Numbered from the stretch's first letter, positions 27,037-42,161 are shown. The stretch is DNA of 64,000 bases from Octopus vulgaris (GCA_951406725.2 OX597820.1:56854001-56918000), one strand, 5' to 3'. Translations and numbers: made by a program. The notes: generated by a model not told the origin, from the letters alone.

Positions 27037-27842
27037 CTCTTTACTCTTTTACTCTTTTAATTGTTTCTGTCATTTGACTGCGGCCATGCTGGAGCACCGC
27101 CTTTAGTCGAGCAAATCGACCCCGGGACTTATTCTTTGTAAGCCCAGTACTTATTCTATCGGTCTCTTTTGCCGAACCGCTAAGTGACGGGGACATAAAC
27201 ACACCAGCATCGGTTGTCAAGCAATGCTAGGGGGACAAACACATAAACACACACACACACACATATATATATACATATATATACGACGGGCTTCTTTCAG
27301 TTTCCGTCTACCAAATCCACTCACAAGGCATTGGTCGGCCCGGGGCTATAGCAGAAGACACTTGCCCAAGGTGCCACGCACTGGGACTGAACCCGGAACC
27401 ATGTGGTTGGTTAGCAAGCTACTTACCACACAGCCACTCCTGCGCCTATTCTTTTATTGTTTTATTTGTTTCAGTCTTCTGACTGTGGCCACGCTGGAGC
27501 ACCGCCTTTAGTCGAACAAATCGACCCCAGGACTTATTCTTTATAAGCTTAGTTACTTATCGGACCCTTTCGTAGAACCGCTAGGTTGCAGGGACGTAAG
27601 CACACCAACGTCGGTTGTCAGGCGATCATCGTGGGACCAAAACAGACATACAAACATACACACACATACACACACGCACATCTATATTACGATGGGCTTC
27701 TTTCAGTTTCCGTCAACCAAATCCACTCACAAGGTTTTGGTCGGCCCTAGGCTATAGTAGAAGACGCTTGCCCAAGGTGTCACGCAGTGAGACTGAACCC
27801 GAAACCATGTGGTAGGGAAGCAAGCTTCTTACCACACAGCTG
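27037..27842 (-). mobile_element. Two tandem family A SINEs
   Basis: Copies at about 27037-27448 and 27449-27842. Confidence 0.85.
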
Positions 27843-27843
27843 T

Positions 27844-27923
<80 letters not shown>

Positions 27924-27956
27924 AATGTACATATGTAGGTATGTAAATGTGTTTGA

Positions 27957-28002
<46 letters not shown>

Positions 28003-28552
28003 ATGTATTTCGGTTGTTGATTTCCGATTGCACATGTGTATTTCTATATGTACACACAAACACACACACACACACACACGCGTGCGCTCACACAGCTGAT
28101 GGATGTATATGTATACACGTGCATATATAGTTATAAGAGTAATCATATACGTGTACGGATGTATATATGATTTGCATGTGCGTGTTTGTGCAGGTATATA
28201 TATATATATATATATGTTTGTGTGTGTGTGTTTGTATGTGTGTGTGTGTGTGTTTGTATTTGTGTGTGTGTTTGTATGTGTGTGTATGTGTGTGTGTAAG
28301 TGTGTGTGTGCTTATACATGCTTAAATACACTCGTTCACTATTTAGTTAGTGTGTTCATACCCATCCGTTCAGTCGATTCTTCGTGAAGAGACGTTTATT
28401 AATCAATGTTTATGTTGTAGATTTAAATTTGTTAAAATATCAATAAACAATTTTTTTTGCCTCGCTTTTGAATTTTTAATTCGTTTATTTTATTTATTTC
28501 ATTTATTGTATTTTATCTTATTCTAATTTATTTAACTCTCTATATATGCCTT

Positions 28553-28933
28553 GTGGAGGCGCAATGGCCCAGTGGTTAGGGCAGCGGACTCGCGGTCATA
28601 GGATCGCGGTTTCGATTCCCAGACCGGGCGTTGTGAGTGTTTATTGAGCGAAAACACCTAAAGCTCCACGAGGCTCCGGCAGGGATGGTGGTGATCCCTG
28701 CTGTACTCTTTCACCACAACTTTCTCTCACTCTTACTTCCTGTTTCTGTTGTACCTGTATTTCAAAGGGCCGGCCTTGTCACTCTCTGTGTCACGCTGAA
28801 TATCCCCGAGAACTACGTTAAGGGTACACGTGTCTGTGGAGTGCTCAGCCACTTACACGTTAATTTCACGAGCAGGCTGTTCCGTTGATTCGGATCAACC
28901 GGAACCCTCGTCGTCGTAACCGACGGAGTGCAA
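28553..28933 (+). mobile_element. SINE family D head with tail type 3, 13-bp TSD
   Basis: CTATATATGCCTT at 28540-28552 and 28934-28946. Confidence 0.9.
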
Positions 28934-29174
28934 CTATATATGCCTTAATTTCTGCACACACACCCCACCCCACCCGCTTCCATTTTACAAACTGGTCTTT
29001 TCGTTGTTGCTGTTGTTGTTATGGCTGGAAATAGTGATGGCGGTGGTTCGTGATGGTAACTGGGGTCAGTTTATTGCTAATGTTGTTGTTATTGTTGTTG
29101 CTTGTGGTGCTGGAGCGGATGGTGTTGATGTTGTTTCTACTGTTGTTCTTCGTGTTTTAAATATTTCTAGTAAT

Positions 29175-29515
29175 GTTTACGCTCTGAGTTCAAATTCCGC
29201 CGAGGTCGATTTTGCCTTTCATCCTTTCGAAGTCGATAATATAAGTACCAGTTACGCACTGGAGTCGATGTAATCGACTTAATCCTTTTGTCTGTCCTTG
29301 TTTGTCCCCTCTACGTTTAGCCCCCTGTGGGCAATAAAGAAATAAATATTTCTAATAATGTTTTCGTTCTGAGTTCAAATTTCGCCGAGGTCGGCTTTGC
29401 CTTTTGTCCTTTCGGGGTCGATTAATTAAGTACCAGGGGTCGATGTAATCGACTTAAGTACCCCCCACCATCATCATCATCACCAAAATTGCTGGCCTTG
29501 TACCAAAATTTGAAA
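29175..29515 (+). mobile_element. Family B body tandem dimer
   Basis: Two CTGAGTTCAAATT...GGTCGATGTAATCGACTTAA units. Confidence 0.8.
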
Positions 29516-29537
29516 GTGGTATTTTTGATAATGTTGT

Positions 29538-29835
29538 GAGGGTACGTGGTACAATGGGTCGGGTTTACGATCGCAAAGTCGTGCGTTCAATTCCCGGCGA
29601 CGCGTTGTGTCCTTAAGCAAGAAAACTTTATTTCACGTTGCTCCAGTTCACTCAGCTGGCAAAAATGAGAAGTACCTCATTTTCAAAGGGGCCAACTTTG
29701 TCGCATTCTGTGTCACACAGGATCTCCCTGAGAACCACATTAAGGGCACGCGTGTCTGAGGAGTACTCAGTCACACGCTCGTCAATTCCCACGAGCACGA
29801 GCAGGCTATTCCGTTGGTCGGATCAACTGGAACCA
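29538..29835 (+). mobile_element. CORE-like head SINE with tail type 3
   Basis: GTTGTGTCCTTAAGCAAG...TTTATTTCACGTTGCTCCAGTTCACTCAGCTG followed by the same tail as 28750-28930. Confidence 0.8.
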
Positions 29836-29869
29836 GTGATGGAGTTACTATTTCAGTTGTTGTTATTTG

Positions 29870-30273
29870 TACTCTTTTACTTGTTTCAGTCATTTGACTG
29901 TGGCCATGCTGGAGCACCGCCTTTAGTCGAACAAATCGACCCCAGGACTTATTCTTTGTAAGCCTAGTACTTATTCTATCAGTCTCTTTTGCCGAACCGC
30001 CAAGTTACGGGGACGTAAACACACCATCATCGGTTGTCAAGCGATGTTGGGAGGACAGACACAGACACACAAACACAAACACACACACACACATATATAT
30101 ACATATACACGATGGGCTTCTTTCAGTTTCCGTCTACCAAATCCACTCACAAGGCTTTGGTCGGCCCGAGGCTATAGTAGAAGACACTTGCGCAAGGTGC
30201 CACGCAGTGGGACTGAACCCGGAACCATGTGGTTGGTAAGCAAGCTACTTACCACACAGCCACTCCTACGCCT
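29870..30273 (-). mobile_element. SINE family A, near full length
   Basis: Close match to 27037-27448. Confidence 0.9.
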
Positions 30274-30597
30274 ATGTACTGTTTGTTGTGGTAGTTAAGG
30301 TTGTTGTTGTTCGTGTCATTGCTGATTGTTGTTATTGTTAATGATAGTGGTACTCGTATGATTGACGTTGGTCTGTGGTGGTGGTAGTGGAGACGAGTGT
30401 TGACGTTGTTTATGTTTGTAGTGATGACGGTGATGTTGTTTGTGGTGATGATGATGGTAGAGTCACTGTTTTGTTGATGTTCTTTTCTTCTTTTCCTTAT
30501 TTCAGTCATTTGACTGCGGCCACGCTGGTGCACCGTTGATGTTTTTTTTGTATCTATGGAGACGAATGTTGATGGAGTCGCCGTTTTATCTTCTGTC

Positions 30598-30970
30598 TTT
30601 TACTCGTTTCAGTCATTAGACTGCGGCCATGCTGGGGCATTGCCTTTTAGTCGAATGAATCAACACCCAGTATTTATTCTCTTTTTGTAAGCCTGGTACT
30701 TATTCTATCGGTCGCCTTTGCCGAACTGCTAAGTTACGTGGACGTAAACACACCAACACCGGTTGCCAAGCGCTGATGAGGAACAAACAAACACACACAC
30801 ACACACACATAACAGGTTTCTGCACAGTTTCTGCCAACCAAATTCACTTACAAAGTATTGCAGGACCTAGGGCTGTAGTTGAAGGCACTCGCCCAATGTG
30901 CCGGACAATGGTACTGAACTCGAAACCACGCGATTGCAAACGCGAACTTCTTAACCACACAACTACACCT
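30598..30970 (-). mobile_element. SINE family A, older copy
   Basis: Diverged reverse-complement match to family A. Confidence 0.7.
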
Positions 30971-31099
30971 ATACTCATTGCTGGTTTTTATTGTTAATGT
31001 TGCTGTTGTTGCTGTGGTTGTTTTTATTGTTCCTTGTGCTGTTGTTGTCGTTGCTGGTTTTATCGTTGATATTGCTGTCGGTGTTTGTTTGTTTGTTTG

Positions 31100-31466
31100 T
31101 TTGTTGAGCGAAGCGGTCTTCGTCCTAGAGTGGGAGAAGTCCGAAACATGGTCCTTTTGCTATTCATAAGACCCGCAGAAGAGAAAGCAGGTCAACCCCC
31201 GACACCGAGAGCATCGACGGATGGATGAATGCGCATCCAGGCTCAGCGGTTGCGTAGGAAGTCGGGGACAAGAAACGAGAAGAAAGAGTGAGAGAGAGTT
31301 GGAGCGAAAGAGTAGAACAGGGGTCGCTACCACCCCCTGTCGGAGCCTCGTGGAACTTTAGGTGTTTTCGCTGAATAAACTCACAGAACGCCCGGTCTGG
31401 GAATTGAAACCACGATCCCCCGACCGTGAGTCCGCTGCTCTAACCATTGGGCCATTGCGCCTCCAC
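31100..31466 (-). mobile_element. SINE family D head with tail type 4
   Basis: Reverse complement of 62414-62780. Confidence 0.85.
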
Positions 31467-31811
31467 GTCGTTGCTGGTTCTATCGCTGATATTGCTGTCG
31501 GTGTTGTTGTGGTCGGTGCTGGCGTTGGTTGAATGTTGTAGTTGTCACATTATCCTTGGTTCTCACTGGTCAAGCAGACGAATCATCAAAGGTACTCCAA
31601 CCATGAGCACCCCGTCTGCAGTAGGATACCAAGAACTATATTATCCAACGTGCTTATTATTATTATTATTATTATTACTCTTTTACTTGTTTCAGTCATT
31701 TGATTGTGGCCATGCTGGAGCACCGCTTTTAGAAAAAGTTTACCTCGACGGAATTTGAACTTAGAACCGCTATCATTTTGGCCGGCGCGGTAACGATTCT
31801 GCCAGCTCGCC

Positions 31812-31843
<32 letters not shown>

Positions 31844-32177
31844 AAACGGAAGTGTGTCATCTGCGGGTATTTTGGCTGCTATTTCATGAGGCGCTGGCGA
31901 CCACACACAGGCTTCCTCATCGGGTTGCCGTTTTACACTTTGTTTCTCAGTTGGAAGAGTTGTTATTGCACCGAGAAAAAAAAAAATAAATAAATGGGAA
32001 CACCATGTGGTATTTTTTCCCGCTTTTTGCGTTCTTGGTTCAAATCCCACCGAGGTCGACATATTCTTCCATCCCACAGAGGTCGATATACCAGAGTACC
32101 ACTCAAATACTGGAGACGAGCCCCCACTCCCCTGGATACTAGATATTACTGACCATGTTCCCGAAGATATAACTTCC

Positions 32178-32179
<2 letters not shown>

Positions 32180-32208
<29 letters not shown>

Positions 32209-32612
32209 CTTCTTCTTCTTCTTCTTCTTCTCCTTCACCTTCTTCTTCTTCTTCTTCTTCTTCTTCTTCTTCTTCTTCTCCTTTTTCTTTTTCTTCTCCT
32301 TCTTCTTCTTCTTCTTCTTCTTCTTCTTCTTCTTCTTCTTCTTCTTCTTCTTCTTCTTCTTCTTCTTCTTCTCCTTCTTCTTCTTCTTCTTCTTCTTCTT
32401 CTTCTTCTCCTTCACCTTCGTCTTCTTCTTCTTCTTCTTCTTCTTCTCCTTTTTCTTTTTCTTCTTCTCCTTCTTCTTCTTCTCCTTCTTCTTCTTCTTC
32501 TTCTTCTTCTTCTTCTCCTTTTTCTTTTTCTTCTTCTCCTTCTTCTTCTTCTTCTTCTTCTTCTTCTTCTTCTTCTTCTTCTTCTTCTTCTTCTTCTTCT
32601 CCTCCTTCTTCT
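32180..32612. repeat. About 430-bp (CTT)n/(AAG)n polypyrimidine tract
   Basis: Directly visible; almost purely C/T. Confidence 0.97.
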
Positions 32613-32838
32613 TGGGGCCTTCACGTGAATGACGTTCCAGCCGTGTCCAACCTGTCCATTTCTTTTCCTTTTAGTTCTTAAAGTTTTCTTTTAGTTTCAG
32701 CCACTTCGTCGTTGTCCTTTAAATCACCCCCCCCCCCCCAATTCTTTCAAACGGTATGGCGCGTGATTTGAAAGGCAAATTTAACAGCTTTTTCTAGCAC
32801 ATCAAGTAGCTTCCATAAGGGCTCTGTCTGTCTCATCC

Positions 32839-33435
32839 ATGTTGTTGCTGCTGCTGCTGAAGTTGCTGTTGTTTTTATTGTTGCTGCTGCTGAAGTTGCT
32901 GTTGTTTTTATTGTTGCTGCTGCTGCTGCTGCTAAAGTTGCTGTTGTTTTTTATTGTTGCTGCCGCTGTCATTGCTGCTGTTGTCGTTGTCGATGTTCCT
33001 CTTACTTTCGTTGTTGCTGCTGCAGATGTTTTGTTGTTGTTATTTCGTTGCTGCTGTTGTTGTTGTTGTTGTTGCGATTGCTTTTACTGCTGTTCTTGTT
33101 GCTGTTGATGCTATTGTTGTTGTTGCTGTTGATGCTGTTGTTGCTCCTACTCTACTTAATGCTGTTGCAGTTGTTGTTGTTGACGTTGCTGTTGTTGTAG
33201 TTATTATCGTTGTTGTTGCTGCTGTAGTTGTTAAGGTTGTGGTTATTAATACTGCTGCAGTTGTTAATGTTGTTACTACTACTACTACTAGTACTGCTAC
33301 TACTGATACTACTACCACCACCACCACCACCACTACTACTACTACTATCACTACCACCACCACCACCGCTACTACTACTACTACTACTACTACTACTAAA
33401 ACTACTACTACCACCTTCACCACTACCACTACTAC

Positions 33436-33481
<46 letters not shown>

Positions 33482-33704
33482 CACCGCTACAACTACCACC
33501 ACCACCACTACTACTACCACCACCACCACCAACAACAACACCACCACCACCACTACCACTACTACTACTATCACTACCATCACTACCACCACTACCAACT
33601 ACTACTACTACTACTACTACTATTACCACCACCACCACCGCTACAACCACCACCACCACCACCGCTACAACCACCACCACCACCACCACCACCACCACCA
33701 CTAC

Positions 33705-33762
<58 letters not shown>

Positions 33763-33810
33763 CATAACTGCGGCTGCTGCTGCTGCTGTTGTTGCTGTTG
33801 TTGCTGCTCA
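32839..33810. repeat. Compound trinucleotide array (GTT/GCT, then ACT/ACC, then GCT/GTT)
   Basis: Directly visible; source of the poly-V/T/H/P ORFs. Confidence 0.95.
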
Positions 33811-34444
33811 CTTGTGTTTACGCTCATCCTTCGGGACAAATGTATAAACACGAACACTTCTCTCTCCTTTCATTTCCTATTAATTTCAAAACCAATAAAA
33901 ACAACACAACAGTCTTTATACTTAATTAAATCCACATCTTCTTAATGGTTCCATATTTATTCATTTATTCAGTTAGTTTTGTTTTTATTTTAAATATCAA
34001 TTAGAAGTTCCTTTCCTCTTTATTTCAACATCATCATCATCATCATCATTATCGTCATCATCATTGTTTTTGTTATTATTTGTTATTTAAATGTTGTTTA
34101 CCGAAACCCGTGATTGGGCCTTAAGGAAATCGAACGGGTTTCGCCACATTTACAATCACATTTACACCACCATCAGCAGCACTACCAACATCATCGCCAG
34201 CATCAGTACCACCACCACCACCACCACAACCAGTAGCACCACCACCACCACATCGTCGTCGTCTTCCTCTTCATTTTCATTTAATTTCCTGCGTCATTTA
34301 GTTACGCATCTCAATATTCTGTGTTCCAACGCTTTGTAACCCATCTTTAGGTGATCGATGAAATGTGGACCAGTTACGTACTTGAGTCGGTTTAATAGAC
34401 AAGCATCGTCGTCCCAAATTTAAGGCCATCTGCCTGTGTTAGAA

Positions 34445-34750
34445 GTGGAGGCACATGGCCTAGTGGTTAGAGCAGCGGAATCGCGGTCGGGGGACCGCGG
34501 GTTCGAATCTCAGACCGGGCGATGTGTGTGTTTATGAGCGAAACACCTAAGCTCCACACGGCTCCGGCAGAAGGTAATGGCGAACTTCTGCTGACTCTTT
34601 CGCCTCAACTTTATCTCACTGTTTCCTCCTGCATCTTGCAGCTCACCTGCGACGGACCGGCTTCCCGTCCAGGTGGGGAACCTATACGCCAAGGAAACCG
34701 GGAAACCGGCCCTTATGAGCCAGGCGTGGCTCGAGAAGGAACAAAGAACT
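34445..34750 (+). mobile_element. SINE, D-variant head with V-like/tail-2-related end, 10-bp TSD
   Basis: TGTGTTAGAA at 34435-34444 and 34751-34760; sister copy at 60861. Confidence 0.9.
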
Positions 34751-34784
34751 TGTGTTAGAAACAATTACTATTAAAGGGCAATAG

Positions 34785-35400
34785 AGGCCAGCATGCTAGC
34801 AGAATTGTTAAAACGTCGAAAAAAATGTTTTGCAGTATTGTTTTTTTTTTTTTTTTGCGTTCTGAGTACAAATTCCTTCGAGGTCGACTTTACATTTCAT
34901 CCTTTCGGAGTCGTTAAAATAAGCACCTGAGGTCGATGTAATGTACTAACCCACTGCCTCAAAATTTCAGGATTTGTGCCTATAATAGAAAGAATTCTTA
35001 AGATCAGTAGAAAGCGGTGAGCGGGAAGAATTGTTTGAATGCCAGAAGAATATGGCATTTGTTCCGACTCTTTATATTCTGCATTCAAATCTCTTCAATC
35101 CTTCTTCGGGTATTATAAATTCGCGTACCAGTGAAGTACTTGGGTTGATGTAACTGATTTGCCCCCTCTCTTCAAAACTGCCTAGCATTAGTAAGGCAGA
35201 AAGCTGGCAGATTCACCACAGCACCGGACAAAATGCTTAGTGGTATTTATTTTGATTATAGAATGTAAAACGTCCTGAGTTCAAATGCTGTCGAGGTCAA
35301 TTTACTTTTCGTCATGAAGGAGGCCGATAATATAAAGTACCATAAAGTACCAGTAAAATAGTGAAGTTGATTTATCATCCTCAACCAATTTTGGCCTCGT
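34785..35400 (+). mobile_element. Three decayed tandem family B copies
   Basis: Repeated GCAGAAT...GAGTTCAAAT...AGTACCAG motifs. Confidence 0.7.
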
Positions 35401-36637
35401 GTCTAACTGTTAAAAAATTATCAATATGAAGAAAAGGATGTCAGAATTGATGAAGTAAAGGACAAAATCCTTCTTGACAATTAGTTATGTGTCTTTACAT
35501 TCCAAGTTGAAATCTGATCATTTGAGATGTGTTTATCTTTTAATCATTTCGGAGCCGATAAAACAAGTTCCAGTGAATTACTGGCTGTTTCACACACAAG
35601 CACAAATGTGTGATCTATGCCTTGCGCTCGTGTTAAACATTATGTATATTATTCTACTTCACACGTCATATATTCAAATGATGCTTTCAGTAATTATAAC
35701 TCTGACAGAAAATCAAAGACATAATCGAAGTGTCTAAGACTCTGTGTTATATTTACAACAACCCTTACTCTGGAACTAAAATCGGTGACACAATCCAAAT
35801 CTTTAACACAATTGAACTAGTTCGGGTATTACATTTCAAAATACTTACTAATGGAAGGAAATCAGACATAATCGAAATTTTTGACAGAATGAAACAGTTT
35901 CGATTATGTCAAGTGTTTCGTTCCATAGTTATGGCGCTTATAACAAACTTAACTATGGGACAAAATCTTAGACACAATCGGCATTTTTCACATAATAAAA
36001 CGATTATTATCTCTAAATTGATATATCTAAATACAAATAAGAACATGTATATTAAACAGAATTTTCATGACTCCCACTAGTGTATCGTTATTATTTCTCT
36101 AGTCTTGTTATTTATATAGCTTGGTTTCACTGTGTAACAAGCTTAGTGCTTCCTGTGTGGTTTGAATATATATAGCATATTGCATTGAAAGTAATATTAA
36201 GTGTAATATAATTTATTGTAAACAGTATAATAGAGCTTAAGTATTTGTGCGTATATTTAGGTATGAGCGGTATGAACGTGCGTAGGAACGTAGGTACATA
36301 CATATGTATGCATACTTGTATGTATGTATGTATGTATGTATGTATGTATGTATGTATGTATGTATGTATGCATGCATGTATGTATGTATGTATGTATGTA
36401 TGTATGTATGTATGTATGTATGTATGTATGTATGTATGCATGTATGTATGTATGTATGCGTGTATAGATGTATGTATATATGTATTTATGTATGTGTATG
36501 CATATAGTATCTACATCTGACAGTCTTGTGTTTATATGTATATATATATACATACATACACACACATATATCTACACATATATGTATATACACACACACA
36601 AACACACATACACATATAGGAAGTGTGTGTATAAATA

Positions 36638-36686
<49 letters not shown>

Positions 36687-36776
36687 TGTGTGTGTGTGTG
36701 TGTGTGTACGTATAATATGTGTATGTGAGTGTGTTCAGAAAAAGTGAAAGACAGAGGGAAATACACATGCATATGA

Positions 36777-36807
<31 letters not shown>

Positions 36808-37345
36808 TAGGTGTATTTCTGTTTATAATTCTCAAGATAACTATTATTATGATGATTGATTTTGCTTTCACATTCCCACATTCTAGAAGATATCTCTTTT
36901 TTTCTTCTATTTATTTTTCAAATTTTTACATTTTGATAGTTTTCTGCATTTGTCTCTGCGACATATTTCCGCCCGTTAGAATTCAAACGTCAATTAGGAG
37001 ACATGTTTTCCCAGATGGTCTTTATCAAAATTTTCTGAAAGATTTGCTTTGGTCCTAGGAGACCGGTGAGCATAGCCCAGTTAAAGAGGCCTGTGCAGAG
37101 TATGCACCTGCAGACTGGTGACTACAGCTAAGAGGATGCTTACTTTTGAAAATTAAAGAATTCTAGATCTGAGAGGTTAATTGTTTGCCCTTGGGTGATG
37201 ACCCTTCTCTAGAAATTTTCCCATAATACTCACATTTTACCTACATTTAGTTCTATATAAACGCCAATGATTTATTTTTTATTATATCTTGTCTATGTAA
37301 TGACAGTGCCTCTGTCGCTCCGCCGGCAATAATATAGAAAAATGG

Positions 37346-37488
<143 letters not shown>

Positions 37489-37612
37489 AATAAAACACAC
37501 ACACACACGCAAACACGCATACACACGTAGTCTCCATATGCCTGAAGAGCTGGTTGTGTTTCTTCTCGTCAACGAAATTTAATATAACCTGAGCTGATTC
37601 AGCCTGTTAGTG

Positions 37613-37703
<91 letters not shown>

Positions 37704-37877
37704 TACTGCTACCTTTTTCATTGACCACAACTGCTTATCTTCCCAAGTTAACCTGTCATATCTCTCCATTTTTCTTTCTTCCTTATCGCATACCTTGTTG
37801 TCAGCTGGGCATGCTATATCTATGATCCAGCATGATTTGTTTTCTTCCTCAGTTAATTATTATTATTATTATTATTA

Positions 37878-38681
<804 letters not shown>

Positions 38682-39439
38682 CATTATTCATTGTTGATGT
38701 TGCTTCGTTTTATAAAAACTGTTCCAAATCGAACCCACACACCTTAAGAAACAGCCACGTAAGATATTTTGTTGCGGATGTTATCTTTTTAGTAACAACG
38801 ATTTATTTCAGGGAAAGGAAATCAAATATTGAGAATTACGATTCAGTTAAATGTTTAACTGAATGTGAAAAGATTCAAATATTCTCAGGCTGGTCATATT
38901 TTTTCTTATATAATATTCTCTTGTTGATAGCGTTCTTCTTCTTCTTCTCTCCCCCTCCTCCTCCTCTTCCTCATCTTCATCATCTATCGTTTCAAGGAAT
39001 TGGCGTTTTAGTCGGTTTAATTGCGTTTCCTATAAAGCCACAATTCATAGTTTAGGATGAGAAGATTTTTTTTCTTCATATCTGTTTCATATTTTATTTC
39101 GATAATTTTTCTTGGACCTAATAGATATGTTCCCTGCACAATATCTATTCCTAAATTACACTCAAATGTTTAAAGATTTGTTTTCGGATATTTCTTTATT
39201 GTCACTGTTCTTAAAAGATTCATTTATAATCCGCAGTATCATATCTTGACCTATTTCCCTTCGTTGTTCCACCACGTGAGGATTTATTATTTCAAATGGG
39301 TATAATGCACTATACGCTCTTTTCCTGTTTGCTTTTGTTTTTTTACTTAGGTGTCCAGGAAGCATGCTGTGTCGATTAAATTGCAGTACCTGGTCTCTTG
39401 TGTTCTATTCTTTTGGAAATCCCCACAACAATTGCCGCA

Positions 39440-39900
39440 TTATTATTGCTTGCTTCCAATGCGTTCTCGAACACAGCTCTATATACCCTGTTTATATGCT
39501 GTAGTTTGTTCGGGTATTACTATTCTATAGACCCTATACATATTTGTAAGCTTTGATATTTTTGTTATGTATCTGTCTGTACGTTGTTTAATCATTCTTA
39601 GGGCACCATTTATTAAAGGAATTGTTTCGGTTTTCATTCCTCACTTTGTAGATATTTCTATTCCTAGATCTTCGTATTTGACAATTTCTTCATTTTTGTG
39701 ACACATATAGATACATTATCATCGTCTGGAGTTCATATCTTTGATAAAGAAGAATTTCTTTTCCTGGTGGTCTTCGATGACAATATTTGACAGATTAATG
39801 TTGATCACTCTCCCCTACGTATATTACAATATCCCAGAGCACGACAGTTTTATCAGTCTTTGACACCTTTTTCTGGTGTATTTCTATAAAACTCATTTTT
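39440..39900 (-). mobile_element. Older decayed R4/Dong-like 3' end
   Basis: Nucleotide similarity to 38110-38520 (for example ATATCCCAGAG, TTTTCTGGTGTA, GGAATTGTTTC). Confidence 0.65.
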
Positions 39901-40129
39901 CGGTTGGTGGTGGCATATTAAAGGAAAACGACAACAACAAATAACAAAGACAACCAAGGCTATTGTTGGTCTTCTCTTTCTGAAGGCCGTGAAGAAATAG
40001 AACAAAAACATAAGTGATAGAGCGAATATATATATATATTTACAGACACACACATATATATATACATATATATATATTTACACACATATATATACACATA
40101 TATATGTATAAACATATGTGTATATATAT

Positions 40130-40297
<168 letters not shown>

Positions 40298-40752
40298 ATG
40301 AAATCATAATAGCAGGAAAGAAAACACGGAAGGGAGTGTCAGAAGTGATCGTTATTGGAGAACTAACAGACAAAACAAATCATCAAGGACAAACAAATAG
40401 AATAACATAAACAAAAGCAACACAACACAAACAAAAAGAAATACAAACAGAAAATACGAAATAAAAAAACCAAAAAAACAAAATCAAATCAAATTTGATT
40501 GACATCTGTATTTCAAAATGCATCATTACAATGTATAGGCCTGAAGTTGAGAGGTTCTCAGTAAGCTTCTTACGTCTGTGTTATCTTGTACTGGACACGT
40601 TTGGTATCAGATTACATAGAATTCTATATAATAACATATATAAACACACATACAGCCTCGCGCGCACACGCACGTATTGACACTTACAGTGCGCGCGCAC
40701 ACACACTCATGTCAAGATACAGGCACATACATATATCTGCATATATGTACTG

Positions 40753-40791
<39 letters not shown>

Positions 40792-40920
40792 TATTACAAA
40801 GTCACACACAGACACAAATGAATCAATCAGTAAATAAATATATATTTATTCTCGGTCCTTTTGCGTCTAGAGTCCAGTTTTTTATTTGATAATGGTGACA
40901 AGAAGTATTGAATACATTCA

Positions 40921-41000
<80 letters not shown>

Positions 41001-41130
41001 CACAGAAGTGGTTGTGTAGTAAGCAGCTTGCTTACCAACCAAATGGTTCCGGGTTCCTTGTGGGTAGTAAAGAAATAGATAATTCCTACTTCATACATTG
41101 TTGTCATCATCATCATCATTATTATTTTAA

Positions 41131-41199
<69 letters not shown>

Positions 41200-41575
41200 G
41201 TTTGACTTTTGCTTTATATTTGTACAAGTTGGCTCCAAGTCTCACCCGGAGACCTCAAGAGACAACAGGTTGGAAGTTCACGCTGTTGTTATGCCTAGTG
41301 TGCCATATACTTGGTTGTTTTTTGTGTTGTACTGGTGGATGTCTAAAAAAAAAAAGAAAAAAAATGTTTGTTTTAAACCTTGAGATTATATAGAAAGTAT
41401 TTTGCGTAGGATATGAGCAGTTCCCACGAGCACTATCTTTTGAATTTCTGCCATTTTTGGGTTTCCTGGTATCTGAGTTAGGTAGCTATCAGCCCCTTTT
41501 GCTATCATTCCCAGGGCACCTATGACAACAGGTATTGTTTTAGTCTTCAGGTTCCACATTTTGCTGATTTCTATT
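41200..41575 (-). mobile_element. R4/Dong-like 3' end, second subfamily
   Basis: EISKMWNLKTKTIPVVIGALGMIAKG...IQKIVLVGTAHILRKIL plus a distinct 3'UTR, between (ATT)n tracts. Confidence 0.88.
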
Positions 41576-41614
41576 ATTATTATTGTTATTATTATTATCA
41601 TTATTATTATTATT

Positions 41615-42161
41615 TACCTTTCTTCAAATTTTCTTCCCTTTCTCGCCGAGTGTTTTCCGTACACCTAGGCCAGAGAAGCTCATTGTATGCATTCCCAGAT
41701 TACACACGCAAATTCACAGGTAAAATATGTATTTTAAAAAAATTAATTAATAAATAAACTCATGAATGGATGTTGTTTTCACAGTGATAATTCTCTTCTC
41801 AGTACATGAGCCGTTCCAGTTAATACGATTTTTTGCACTTCCTGTAGGGATGGTAAGCCTGGTATCATTTTCAAATAGATTTCAGTACCTTTTCTTTTAT
41901 CATTCCTAGAACTCCTACAATCACTGGTACTGTAGTCGCCTTGAGATGCCACATTTTTTCAATTACTATTAGCAAGTCTTTATATTTACTGATCTTGTCA
42001 AATTCTTTCGCCGCTAAATTGTGATCGCAAGGAATACTCATGTCAATTAATAAAAACACCTCTTTTGTCTGATCTTTTATAATAATATCCGGTTTATTAG
42101 CTTTTATAGTTCTGTCGGCATGTACGGGGAAGTCCCAGAGAATCGACACATTTTCTCCCTC

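Noticed and set aside
28553-28630. tRNA-like sequences at SINE heads
   Set aside because: Each continues into a SINE body, several with a TSD, so they are not free-standing tRNA genes.
31130-31200. GAAA-CATG-GTC plus hairpin in the antisense of SINE tail 4
   Set aside because: No CUGANGA at the required position; more likely a SINE 3' stem-loop.
32007-33847. Long ORFs of 224 and 297 aa
   Set aside because: Made of trinucleotide repeats and SINE fragments; open in several frames on both strands.
37535-37600. CTGAAGA...GAAA hammerhead-like spacing
   Set aside because: Stem I does not pair and stem II is weak.
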